A DNA stretch of 64,000 nt, from assembly GCA_963771175.1 (NCBI GenBank), contig CAVYSY010000028.1:64001-128000 (forward strand), given 5' to 3'. The position numbers and the translations under genes were made by a program. This document shows positions 1-8,677 of this stretch, piece after piece; the stretch's first letter is position 1, and each line of letters starts with the position of its first letter. The notes below the pieces were generated by a model that saw only the letters and a list, made by a program, of their open reading frames with translations, ran no database searches and was not told the origin of the DNA. The stretch is from an uncultured delta proteobacterium (GTDB lineage Bacteria; Myxococcota; Myxococcia; Myxococcales; Myxococcaceae).

Positions 1-35
1 TTCGGGGCACGGCACGTCCGTGGCGAGGCCCTCCC

Positions 36-488
36 ATGTCGAGCGATGACGCATTCCCCTCCGACCCGCGGCAGCTCTTGGAGAGCATCAACCTCTTCAT
101 GAGCGAGTCCGTTCCGCACAACCACGCGCTGGGCTTGAGCGTGGTGGGGCTGGGGAAGGCGGAGGCCACCGTGCGACTGCCCTACTCGGACAGGCTGGTG
201 GGCAACCCCGAGACGGGCGTGCTGCATGGCGGCGCGGTGACGACGCTCATCGACGCCACGTGCGGCATCGCCGTCTTCATGAAGCTGGCGCGCATGGCGC
301 GCATCGCCACGTTGGACCTGCGCATCGACTACCTGCACCCGGCCACACCCGGGAGCGACCTGCTGGCCCGCGCCGAGTGCTACAAGCTCACGCGCACGGT
401 GGCCTTCGTGCGAGCGCTGGCGCACCACGGGGACCCGGACAATCCGGTGGCCTCGGCGCAGGGCACCTTCATCATCGTGGAGGAGTGA
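36..488 (+). CDS. PaaI family thioesterase (hotdog fold)
   Basis: VGNPETGVLHGGAVTTLID and ATLDLRIDYL motifs. Confidence 0.9.
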   Translation: MSSDDAFPSDPRQLLESINLFMSESVPHNHALGLSVVGLGKAEATVRLPYSDRLVGNPETGVLHGGAVTTLIDATCGIAVFMKLARMARIATLDLRIDYLHPATPGSDLLARAECYKLTRTVAFVRALAHHGDPDNPVASAQGTFIIVEE

Positions 489-491
489 GCC

Positions 492-950
492 ATGGAGAGC
501 ACGCCTCCGGGAACGCCGACCCGCATCGCCGAGCTCCTGCGCCACGTGCGCCAGACGGGCGACTACCGGCAGCTCACCGAGGTCATTCCCTACACGCGCT
601 TCCTGGGCATCGGGGTGGAGAACACCACCGGCGAGGTGCTGTGCCGGATGCGCTATACGCCCATGCTGATCGGCAACAGCGCCATCCCCGCGCTGCACGG
701 GGGCACCCTGGGCGCGCTGCTGGAGTCGGCCGCCATCTTCGAGCTGCTCCTGCGCACCCAGGTGGAGCGAGTGCCCAAAATCATCACCATCACGGTGGAC
801 TTCCTGCGCTCGGGGCGGCCGCAGGACACGCTGGCCAAGGCGACCATCACCCGGCTCGGGCGGCGCGTGGCCAACCTCCAGGTGCAGGCCTGGCAGGAGG
901 ACCGCGGCAAGCCCATCGCCAGCGCCAACGCCCTGTTCCTGCTGTCGTGA
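492..950 (+). CDS. PaaI family thioesterase (hotdog fold), second of a pair
   Basis: IGNSAIPALHGGTLGALLE, ITVDFLR; starts 3 bp after the upstream paralog. Confidence 0.9.
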   Translation: MESTPPGTPTRIAELLRHVRQTGDYRQLTEVIPYTRFLGIGVENTTGEVLCRMRYTPMLIGNSAIPALHGGTLGALLESAAIFELLLRTQVERVPKIITITVDFLRSGRPQDTLAKATITRLGRRVANLQVQAWQEDRGKPIASANALFLLS

Positions 951-978
951 GGGAGGGGCCGCCGGGCGCGTTTTTCCA

Positions 979-1101
979 AAACCTGTCCGACAGTCGGACA
1001 GGTTTGCGCGAAACGCGCCCGGGAGGTGGAGGCCCGTCGGGCGCGGTTCTCCGCAACCTGTACACTTAGTGGACAAGTTCGCGCGAAACGCGCCCGGGAG
1101 G
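979..1101. repeat. REP-like palindrome pair
   Basis: Perfect IR AAACCTGTCCGAC-A-GTCGGACAGGTTT (979-1005) and imperfect AACCTGTACACT-T-AGTGGACAAGTT (1055-1079), each followed by GCGCGAAACGCGCCCGGGAGG; recurs at 41.1-41.2 kb and 61.3 kb. Confidence 0.85.
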
Positions 1102-1261
1102 GCGTCCCGTCACCGGGTCTCCTGGGTTAGAGCTGCTGGCCTTCGTGCCGCACGGGCCGGTGCTGCTGCTCAGGCTGCTGCTCCACGAGCGCCCGGAGCG
1201 TCATCAGCCGGCGGACCTTTTGCTCCTTGTTCCCGCCGCGCGCGTCCGCGAAAGAAGCCCG

Positions 1262-1302
1262 CAAAAGCGAAGGGCGGGGCCCCCGTGAGGAGCACCCGCC
1301 CT
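1262..1302 (-). terminator. Probable intrinsic terminator of tandem gene copy 1
   Basis: Stem AGGGCGGG/CCCGCCCT followed on the minus strand by TCGCTTTTG, just past the stop at 1326. Confidence 0.6.
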
Positions 1303-1325
1303 GCTTCAACCACCCGCCGGACTGC

Positions 1326-1895
1326 TTAGCGGATGTTGCCGATGATGGACTTCTGCGTCTCACCGCGCATCTTGATGACGTTGCTGATCATCTGGACCAT
1401 CTCGGAGTAGTTCTGCAGCTCGTACTGGGCCTTGAGGCGGGCGGCGTCCTTCGGGTCCAGGCCCTCGAGCGACTTCTGCTGGGTGGCCGACAGGCCCTTG
1501 CCCGTCTGCGCCATGGAGATGGCGTTGTCCCAGATGCCGCCGCCGCTGGCCGCGGTGGTCACCGCGTTGTTGATGGCGCCCGCCTCGACAGGCGAACGGG
1601 TCGGGATGCTCGGGGCCGGAGCCGCACCACCGGTCGCACCGCCCACGGGAGCGGGGGTGGTGGGCAGGTTGGTGCTCACGCCACCCTGGGTCGCGGAGGG
1701 CGAGGGCAGGCCGAGCGCCTTGGCAACCTGCTCCAGCAGGCTCTTCTTGGCACCCTCGAAGCCGGACTTGAAGAACTCGCCGATGACGTTCTTCAGCGCG
1801 TCCTTGACGCCGTTGAGAACCGTGCCGCCGATGCCGCCGCTGCCGAGGATCTTGCCGAGGTCAATCTTGGGAAGCTGGAAGCCGCCGATCTTCAT
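1326..1895 (-). CDS. Hypothetical protein with a T3SS needle/filament-like C-terminal helix (copy 1)
   Basis: 189 aa ending DPKDAARLKAQYELQNYSEMVQMISNVIKMRGETQKSIIGNIR; GGAGAG RBS; strong GC3 bias; duplicated. Confidence 0.75.
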   Translation of the reverse strand: MKIGGFQLPKIDLGKILGSGGIGGTVLNGVKDALKNVIGEFFKSGFEGAKKSLLEQVAKALGLPSPSATQGGVSTNLPTTPAPVGGATGGAAPAPSIPTRSPVEAGAINNAVTTAASGGGIWDNAISMAQTGKGLSATQQKSLEGLDPKDAARLKAQYELQNYSEMVQMISNVIKMRGETQKSIIGNIR

Positions 1896-1946
1896 TTGGG
1901 TCTCTCCGGGTGGAGGGCAGCGCCAGCGCCGCCCTGCTTACAAACA

Positions 1947-1976
1947 GATTATCGCAAAGGCCGTCCGGGAGTTTCC
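1947..1976 (-). promoter_or_regulatory. sigma28/FliA-like promoter (copy 1)
   Basis: Minus strand GAAA-N15-TGCGATAA versus consensus TAAA-N15-GCCGATAA. Confidence 0.5.
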
Positions 1977-2051
1977 TGCTGATTTATTTCTCCCGATTTT
2001 TCTCCGAATCCCCCGGCTGAAGCGGTGCGGCAGGCGGGGAGGCCGAACCCG

Positions 2052-2092
2052 CAAAAGCGAAGGGCGGGGCCCCAGTGAGGAGCACCCGCCCT
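2052..2092 (-). terminator. Probable intrinsic terminator of tandem gene copy 2
   Basis: Same hairpin and short U-tract as 1262-1302. Confidence 0.6.
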
Positions 2093-2114
2093 GCTTCACC
2101 ACCCGCCGGACTGC

Positions 2115-2684
2115 TTAGCGGATGTTGCCGATGATGGACTTCTGCGTCTCACCGCGCATCTTGATGACGTTGCTGATCATCTGGACCATCTCGGAGTAGT
2201 TCTGCAGCTCGTACTGGGCCTTGAGGCGGGCGGCGTCCTTCGGGTCCAGGCCCTCGAGCGACTTCTGCTGGGTGGCCGACAGGCCCTTGCCCGTCTGCGC
2301 CATGGAGATGGCGTTGTCCCAGATGCCGCCGCCGCTGGCCGCGGTGGTCACCGCGTTGTTGATGGCGCCCGTCTCGACACCCGCGCGAGTCGGGATGCTC
2401 GGCGCGGGGGCCGCACCACCGGTCGCACCGCCCACCTGGGCGGGGGTGGAGGGCAGGTTGGTGCTCACGCCACCCTGGGTCGCGGAGGGCGAGGGCAGGC
2501 CGAGCGCCTTGGCAACCTGCTCCAGCAGGCTCTTCTTGGCACCCTCGAAGCCGGACTTGAAGAACTCGCCGACGACGTTCTTCAGCGCGTCCTTGACGCC
2601 GTTGAGAACCGTGCCGCCGATGCCGCCGCTGCCGAGGATCTTGCCGAGGTCAATCTTGGGAAGCTGGAAGCCGCCGATCTTCAT
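2115..2684 (-). CDS. Hypothetical protein with a T3SS needle/filament-like C-terminal helix (copy 2)
   Basis: 189 aa, near-identical to 1326-1895; true start ATG at 2684 inside the long shadow ORF. Confidence 0.75.
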   Translation of the reverse strand: MKIGGFQLPKIDLGKILGSGGIGGTVLNGVKDALKNVVGEFFKSGFEGAKKSLLEQVAKALGLPSPSATQGGVSTNLPSTPAQVGGATGGAAPAPSIPTRAGVETGAINNAVTTAASGGGIWDNAISMAQTGKGLSATQQKSLEGLDPKDAARLKAQYELQNYSEMVQMISNVIKMRGETQKSIIGNIR

Positions 2685-2725
2685 TTGGTCTCTCCGGGTG
2701 GAGGGCAGCGCCAGCGCCGCCCTGC

Positions 2726-2995
2726 TTACAAACGGATTATCGCAAAGGCCGTCCGGGAGTTTCCTGCCCGAATTCTTTTTCTTTTTCCGGCCCCTTCTAC
2801 CCGCCCGCGCTGGCGGAGGAGCGCGGGGAGGCGCAGGAAGACGGCCTCCTCGAGCCGCACCCGGGGCCAGGCCGCTCGGGCGGAGGCGAGCAGCTCCGCG
2901 AGCACCGGCTCCAGCGAGGGCAGCTCCGCGTAGCCCCGCGGCTCCGGCCGCGAATGGAGGGCGAGCAGGCGGGCGAGCAGAAGCTGTGAGGCCAT
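2726..2995 (-). pseudogene. Truncated N-terminal fragment resembling the Myxococcales ECF sigma-70 family
   Basis: LEPVLAELLASARAAWPRVRLEEAVFL resembles the N-terminus of that family; sigma regions 2 and 4 are absent. Confidence 0.4.
2735..2764 (-). promoter_or_regulatory. sigma28/FliA-like promoter (copy 2)
   Basis: Identical GAAA-N15-TGCGATAA element. Confidence 0.5.
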
Positions 2996-3203
2996 GGGAG
3001 CGGACCCTGGCGCGATTACAGCGTGGAACGGGACTTTCCTCCGTTCTTACAGGCTCCGGGAAGGCGGGGTGAGCCGGGAGCCCGTGGGCCCCCGAGCAGA
3101 GGGAGCCCGCGCTTCCCCCTCGGGGTCCCCGGCACAACCCATGCTTGCACCTCCCCGACGCCGCGGGGGCGAGGGCGGCTCTCGGGCGCGTGTCGGGGGT
3201 GGC

Positions 3204-3824
3204 ATGGGGGTGAGGGAGCTGAAGGAAAAGGCGCTGGACCTCTACGCGCGGAGGAAGTTCGCGGACTGCGCGCGCACCTACGCCAAGCTGCTCGAGCTGG
3301 AGCCCAGGGACCCGCACCTGTACGTGCGCCACGCCGAGGCCTGGCGGCGCGCGGGAGATCGGCGCAAGGCGATCTCCTCCTACCGGACGGCGGCGGAGCT
3401 GCTGCTGCAGCTCGGGTGCGAGGCGCGGGCCCGGGCGGCGTTGAAGGTGGCGCTGGAGTTGGATCCCCGGGACTCGGAGGTGGCGCACGCACTGGCCCGA
3501 CTGACGCCCACGTACCCCCAGGGCAGGCCGGCCTCGCGCATTCCCGAGGACAAGCGGGACATGGTGGAGCTGCACACGCGGGCGGCGAACGTCCCGGGGC
3601 AGCGCGCCCTGCCCCCGGCACCGGCCTCGCCCGCGGCGCCCCTGCCCTCTCCGGCGGAGGTGCGGCGGCTCTCGGCGAATACCCTCGCCCTGAGGGCCGC
3701 ACCGGGGACGCGCTGGGTGGTGGTGTCCTCGCGCACACCCCTGACGGCCTACGAGGTGGATGAGCTGGAGCGGGTGATGACGCGGGAGTTCACCCTGGAA
3801 GTGACGCTCACTCCCGAGTCTTGA
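3204..3824 (+). CDS. Tetratricopeptide repeat protein
   Basis: Helical repeats YAKLLELEPRD, AISSYRTAA, ALELDPRD. Confidence 0.75.
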   Translation: MGVRELKEKALDLYARRKFADCARTYAKLLELEPRDPHLYVRHAEAWRRAGDRRKAISSYRTAAELLLQLGCEARARAALKVALELDPRDSEVAHALARLTPTYPQGRPASRIPEDKRDMVELHTRAANVPGQRALPPAPASPAAPLPSPAEVRRLSANTLALRAAPGTRWVVVSSRTPLTAYEVDELERVMTREFTLEVTLTPES

Positions 3825-3885
3825 GGCAGGGCACGGGGAGGAGGCACCTCCCCACGAGGAGCCCCCCCCACCCCGGCCGCGCCCC

Positions 3886-4188
3886 TCAGAGGGCCGCGGA
3901 TTCCCGCTGTTCCCGCTCGGTCTCGCTGGAGGAGTCCCCCAGGGAGGCCAGGAAGGCGTCCACGCGGGAGGCGTTCTTCTCGGTGGGCTCAGGCGCCCGC
4001 ACCATGGCCTCGCAGTGCTCGCTCTTGCGCTTGGGATGGCAGTGGCGGACACCGTAGACATGGTGGCAGCCGCACGCATCCACGCGCTTCTTGCCGCAGA
4101 CGGCCGGGTTGAACACCGGCGCCGTCTTCACATCCACCGGCCCCGCGTGCAGGGTCGCCGCCACCACCAATGCTCCGAGAATCCCCAT
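3886..4188 (-). CDS. Small exported Cys/His-rich protein (YHYH-like)
   Basis: Signal-like N-terminus; DACGCHHVYGVRHCH motif. Confidence 0.6.
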   Translation of the reverse strand: MGILGALVVAATLHAGPVDVKTAPVFNPAVCGKKRVDACGCHHVYGVRHCHPKRKSEHCEAMVRAPEPTEKNASRVDAFLASLGDSSSETEREQRESAAL

Positions 4189-4386
4189 CTCCCAACCCCC
4201 CTTGAGTCTCCGGGGAAAGGAATGGGAATTCTTCAGTGAAGGGGCAACTGCGGGCGCTCGGGAGCGAACATCTCACGGGCACCGGCCGTTGACCGGTCGC
4301 AGGGCTGGCCGCTCGTTTTGTCCGTCAGCTCCCACAAGACGCTTCCGTCGCTACCGTCGGTTGAAGGACTCCGCGGGGAAATCGCC

Positions 4387-5739
4387 ATGAGCTGGACGCA
4401 AAGGTTGGAGAAGGTCGCGGAGGGGCATTTCGTCCTGCCGAAGACGAAGACGATGCGGGTGGATGCCCACCTGTTCCTCTCGGACAAGCTGCTGTGGGGC
4501 GAGGGCCCCGAGCTGCCCGGTCTCGAGGAGGCGGTGTTCGACCAGGTGGTGAACGCGGCGTCCTTCCCGGGGGTGACCCGGGTGGCGGTGACGCCGGACT
4601 GTCACGTGGGCTACGGCGTGCCCATCGGCACGGTGGTGGAGACGGAGGGAATCCTGCTCCCCACGGCGGCCGGCTACGACATCGGCTGCGGCATGGTGCA
4701 GCTCAAGACGACGCTCACCGCCGAGGACGTGGCCGACAAGGCGAAGCGCCGGCAGTGGATTGACGAGGTGACGAAGCGCATCGCCGTGGGCGTGGGGGCG
4801 TCGCGGGTGCAGAAGCAGCGGAGCATCAACGCGCGCACGTTCGCCGAGGTGGTGCGCCATGGGGCCAAGGCCCTGGGCCGCAACGCGTCCACCACCGAGC
4901 GCGACTTCATCCCGGTGGAGGACGACCGGGTGGACATCCCCGAGCGGGCCTACGACAAGAGGGACCAGTTGGGCAGCCTCGGGGGCGGCAACCACTTCAC
5001 CGAGATGCAGGTGGACGAGGAGGGCCGCGTGTGGGTGATGTTGCACACGGGCAGCCGGGGCTTCGGGTGGAACATCGCGAAGCACTACTTCGTCGAGGGC
5101 GCGGCGGCGCTGGGGCTGAGCAAGCGCAGCGAGGACTTCATCTGGCTGGACGCGGACAGCCGGCTGGGGCGCGAGTACTGGAACCTGCACAACATGGCGG
5201 CCAACTTCGCGGTGGCCAACCGGCTCCTCATCGGCGAGGCGGTGTGCGCGGCGCTCGAGGAGGTGTTCGGCGGGACGGCGGACATCTATTACGAGATTTC
5301 CCACAACCTCATCCAGAAGGAGGCGGGGAAGTTCGTGGCGCGCAAGGGGGCGACGCGGGCCTTCCCGGGCGGGCACCCGGCGCTGCGCCGGACGCAGTGG
5401 GAGAAGTCGGGGCACCCCATCCTGATTCCGGGCTCGATGGAGACGGGCAGTGCCATCCTCTTCGCGCAGGAGGGAGCGGAGGCCTCCATCTACTCGGTGA
5501 ACCACGGCGCGGGGCGGCGGCTGTCGCGCGGCGAGGCCCGGCGGGTGCTCAACCAGTCCGAGACGGACCAGCGCATGTCCGAGGCGGGCATCCTGCTCAA
5601 CACGCGCACGACGCCGCTGGACGAGTCGGGGCCCTGCTACAAGAACCTCGACGACGTGCTGGAGACGGTGGAGATGGCGGGTCTGGCCAAGGTGGCCCGG
5701 CGCCTCAAGCCCGTGGCCTGCATCAAGGGCGCGGACTGA
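4387..5739 (+). CDS. rtcB: RtcB family RNA ligase
   Basis: TPDCHVGYGVPIG, GYDIGCG, LGSLGGGNHF, HTGSRG, SHN, RKGAT, IPGSM, NHGAGR. Confidence 0.95.
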   Translation: MSWTQRLEKVAEGHFVLPKTKTMRVDAHLFLSDKLLWGEGPELPGLEEAVFDQVVNAASFPGVTRVAVTPDCHVGYGVPIGTVVETEGILLPTAAGYDIGCGMVQLKTTLTAEDVADKAKRRQWIDEVTKRIAVGVGASRVQKQRSINARTFAEVVRHGAKALGRNASTTERDFIPVEDDRVDIPERAYDKRDQLGSLGGGNHFTEMQVDEEGRVWVMLHTGSRGFGWNIAKHYFVEGAAALGLSKRSEDFIWLDADSRLGREYWNLHNMAANFAVANRLLIGEAVCAALEEVFGGTADIYYEISHNLIQKEAGKFVARKGATRAFPGGHPALRRTQWEKSGHPILIPGSMETGSAILFAQEGAEASIYSVNHGAGRRLSRGEARRVLNQSETDQRMSEAGILLNTRTTPLDESGPCYKNLDDVLETVEMAGLAKVARRLKPVACIKGAD

Positions 5740-5775
5740 CCTCCCCTCTCCTTAGGGAGCGGCGGCTCGCCCCCC

Positions 5776-5840
5776 CCTTATTTAAGCCCGCTTTCCTAAA
5801 GGCCGGCCTTATTTAAACAAGAGCGGCATTGCTTAAATAG
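5776..5840. promoter_or_regulatory. AT-rich repeated boxes upstream of the Fic gene
   Basis: CCTTATTTAA at 5776-5785 and 5807-5816; inverted TTAAATAG at 5833-5840. Confidence 0.5.
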
Positions 5841-5864
5841 CGCCCCGGTGTTTCGCTCCTCCTC

Positions 5865-7055
5865 ATGAGTTCGGAGCGATCGCAGCACCTGGAAGGTCGC
5901 CTCGGCCGTTACGTCGAAACCGTAGCGGCTGGCGAAACGGTTCGCGCATTTGTACCGCCTGCGCTTCCCCCCCAGCCGGAAATCGATGTCTTGAGTCTAC
6001 TGCCGCGTCTGAGCGCGGCCGAGCGTGCGCTCGGTCGGCTGGATGGTATTACCGTCCTGCTACCGAGCCAGGAACTCTTCCTCTACATGTACGTACGTAA
6101 GGAAGCAGTCCTCTCCTCTCAGATCGAGGGCACGCAGTCGACGTTGTCCGACCTGCTTCGCTTCGAGACCGAGGCGCAGGAAGGCCAACCCATCGACGAC
6201 ATCCGAGAGGTGTCCAACTACGTCGATGCCATGATGTATGGCCTTGACCGGCTTCGGGAATTGCCGCTCTCGCTGCGGCTCGTGCGAGAGATGCACACGC
6301 GGCTCCTGCGCAGCGGGCGTGGCGGCACGAAGAACCCGGGAGAGTTCCGCCGTTCGCAAAACTGGCTCGGCGGCACCCGGCCCGGCAACGCCATGTTCGT
6401 GCCGCCCCCAGTCAGCGAGCTGGACGCCTGTCTCGATAGCCTGGAGCGGTTCATGCACGAGAACACCTCGCGCCTGCCGGCCCTCATCAAGGCGGGGCTC
6501 CTTCACGTCCAGTTCGAGACGATCCATCCCTTCCTGGACGGCAACGGCCGCATCGGGCGTCTGCTCGTGACCCTCTACCTGTGCGTGGAGGACGTGCTGA
6601 AGAAACCCCTGCTCTATCTGAGCCTCTACCTGAAGACACATCGGGCCGACTACTACCGCTTGCTCCAGGAGGTGCGCGAGCGTGGCGCCTGGGAGGCCTG
6701 GCTCGAATTCTTTCTCAACGGTGTCGCGGAGACCGCCAATCAGGCCTTCGACGCCGCGACTCGGATCGTCGACCTGTTCAAGCGGGACAGAGAACGGATC
6801 ACCGCGCGAAGTGAGCGGGCTGGTTCGTCCCTGCGCGTACATGACCTACTGCAGCAAAACCCGTTCGCCACGGCGAACACGCTGGTCGCGAGCACGGGCC
6901 TCAGCGCGCCAACCGTCAACGCGGCTCTGGCCGACCTGGGGCGGCTCGGCATCGTCGACGAAGTCACCGGACGCCGCCGCGGTCGCGTCTTCGCCTACCG
7001 GGAGTATCTCGACATCCTGAGCGAAGGCACCGCGCCCCTGCCGACCGGCGAGTGA
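5865..7055 (+). CDS. Fic family protein (Fic_N + Fic + C-terminal wHTH)
   Basis: EAVLSSQIEGT inhibitory helix; HPFLDGNGRIGR catalytic motif. Confidence 0.93.
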   Translation: MSSERSQHLEGRLGRYVETVAAGETVRAFVPPALPPQPEIDVLSLLPRLSAAERALGRLDGITVLLPSQELFLYMYVRKEAVLSSQIEGTQSTLSDLLRFETEAQEGQPIDDIREVSNYVDAMMYGLDRLRELPLSLRLVREMHTRLLRSGRGGTKNPGEFRRSQNWLGGTRPGNAMFVPPPVSELDACLDSLERFMHENTSRLPALIKAGLLHVQFETIHPFLDGNGRIGRLLVTLYLCVEDVLKKPLLYLSLYLKTHRADYYRLLQEVRERGAWEAWLEFFLNGVAETANQAFDAATRIVDLFKRDRERITARSERAGSSLRVHDLLQQNPFATANTLVASTGLSAPTVNAALADLGRLGIVDEVTGRRRGRVFAYREYLDILSEGTAPLPTGE

Positions 7056-7217
7056 AGACCCAGGTGCTGAGCCGCAACGCGTCCACCCAGGAGCGCGACC
7101 TGAGGGACGGGGAGCGGACCTCCCGGGTTGACTCGGTGTAGGCCCCCTCTCTCCCTGGGGTGAGGGACTTCCCCACTCGTCTCACCCCGGGGGCGCGCGC
7201 TAGAGTGGGAAACCGAG

Positions 7218-8117
7218 ATGAATGCGCCGGCCACCGTCCCCTCCCCCACGCCCTCCCGTGAGGCCGAGCTCACACGTGCCGAGGCCGAGCTCGCCAGCCA
7301 AGAAGCCCGCCTCGCGGAACAGCTCAACCGGGAGGCCGCGGAGACCGAAACCCTCGTGCGCCGGGTGACGGAGCTGCGGCAGGAGGTGTCGCGGCTCCCC
7401 CCCGAACGCCAGGACGATGATGCCGTGCGCACCGCGAAAGACCGGCTCCTGTCGGCCGTGATGAACACGGACTCGACGGAGGACGCGCGGGAGCGGGCGC
7501 TGGCCGCGCGCCACGAGGCACTGGAGGCCCGTCTCCGGTCGAGCAAGGAGGCGCAGGCGGCGCTGAAGCTGCTGCAGCAGCTCAACACCCAGGCACGCCA
7601 GGAGCTGACCGAGGCCGAGTCGGGGCTGAAGCGCGCGGCGGAGGCGGCGGCGAAGGCCCAGCGCGAGCGCGAGACGGCGGCGAAGCGCGAGGCCACCCAG
7701 GCCCGTCAGGCGGCGCTCCAGGCCCGTCAGGTGGTGCTCTCCCAGGGCAACGTCACCCTCCCCGAGCCGAGCCCGCTGGGCGCACGGCTGTCGCGCGTCC
7801 GGATGCAGGCGATGATCGACCTGCGCAGCGACTCGAACTTCTTCACGGGCTTCTCCACGAACATCAGCGAGGGCGGCGTCTTCGTCGCGACGGTGCAGGC
7901 GGTGCCGCGCGGGACGACGGTGGACCTGGACTTCACCCTGCCCGGCGGCCGGCCAATGAAGGTGTCCGGGGTGGTGCGCTGGACGCGCGAGGTGAACGAC
8001 AAGACGCCCGAGCTGATGCCGGGGCTCGGCGTACAGTTCACCCAGCTGCCTCCGGAGGTGGCCTCGGCCATCTCGGACTTCGTGGCCACGCGCGAGCCGC
8101 TGTTCTTCCCGGACTGA
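7218..8117 (+). CDS. Coiled-coil + PilZ (TIGR02266-type) protein
   Basis: SDSNFFTGFSTNISEGGVFVAT, GVVRW, PGLGVQF, REPLFF. Confidence 0.88.
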   Translation: MNAPATVPSPTPSREAELTRAEAELASQEARLAEQLNREAAETETLVRRVTELRQEVSRLPPERQDDDAVRTAKDRLLSAVMNTDSTEDARERALAARHEALEARLRSSKEAQAALKLLQQLNTQARQELTEAESGLKRAAEAAAKAQRERETAAKREATQARQAALQARQVVLSQGNVTLPEPSPLGARLSRVRMQAMIDLRSDSNFFTGFSTNISEGGVFVATVQAVPRGTTVDLDFTLPGGRPMKVSGVVRWTREVNDKTPELMPGLGVQFTQLPPEVASAISDFVATREPLFFPD

Positions 8118-8147
8118 GCCTCGCTCAGCGGTGTCGGGTCCTGCCTC

Positions 8148-8677
8148 TCAGAGCGCCACGCCCACCTCGAGCAAGGTGAGCCCGTAGAGCAGGCCGAGCC
8201 CGGGCCGGTCGCTCCCCACACCCACGCCGAGCTCGAAGAGGGACACCTGCGCCTGCCCCAGGTTGAAGCGCGCGGGCGCGAGCGTCACCCCGAGCCCCAG
8301 TGATGGCACCGGGCTGATCGCGGGGTGCTCGGGGGTGACGAAGTCCAGCCGGTCGCCGAAGAGGCCGGTGAGGCTCACCAGCGCCGCCGGAGCCCACCAC
8401 CCCTGGCGCTGCACGCCCGCTCCCACCCGCACCGCCAGCGCCGCGCCCAGGCCCGTGAGCCCGCTCGCATCCGCCTGGAGCAGCCACCGCCCGTCCACCG
8501 TGTCCCGCAGGCCGAAGCCACCTCCCACTCCGCCGTGGGTGCGCGACTGCGAGAGGTACACCGTCACCCCCGAGCGGGCATACAGCGAGAGCTGGTGTCT
8601 CGGGGCACCGCGGCCTCCTCGGCCGGAGCCGGCGCGGCCGCCAGCGTGGAGAGCACCAGGAGCGTGGAAGCCATCAT
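8148..8677 (-). CDS. Exported, probable outer-membrane beta-barrel protein (one frameshift near 8595)
   Basis: Signal MMASTLLVLSTLAAAP overlaps the peptidase stop; alternating beta-strand pattern ending LLEVGVAL. Confidence 0.55.

Larger units (their letters stand above)
1259..2767. repeat. Tandem duplication with ~789 bp period (promoter + gene + terminator)
   Basis: ~1259-1979 aligns with ~2049-2767; start and stop codons are both offset by 789 bp. Confidence 0.95.

Noticed and set aside
979..1101. Possible mini CRISPR array from the palindromic repeats
   Set aside because: Only two non-identical units, dispersed copies elsewhere, no regular spacers and no cas genes
2115..4079. 654-aa minus-strand ORF and similar long Arg/Pro/Gly-rich ORFs (e.g. 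36619-39297, 41297-43744, 61850-63934)
   Set aside because: Shadow frames typical of high-GC DNA that overlap better-supported genes
4189..4386. Y-RNA or tRNA-like element beside rtcB
   Set aside because: No cloverleaf or T-loop motif is recognisable, and no Ro60/rtcR gene is nearby
5776..5840. dif/XerCD site
   Set aside because: Arms and spacing do not match the 11-6-11 dif structure
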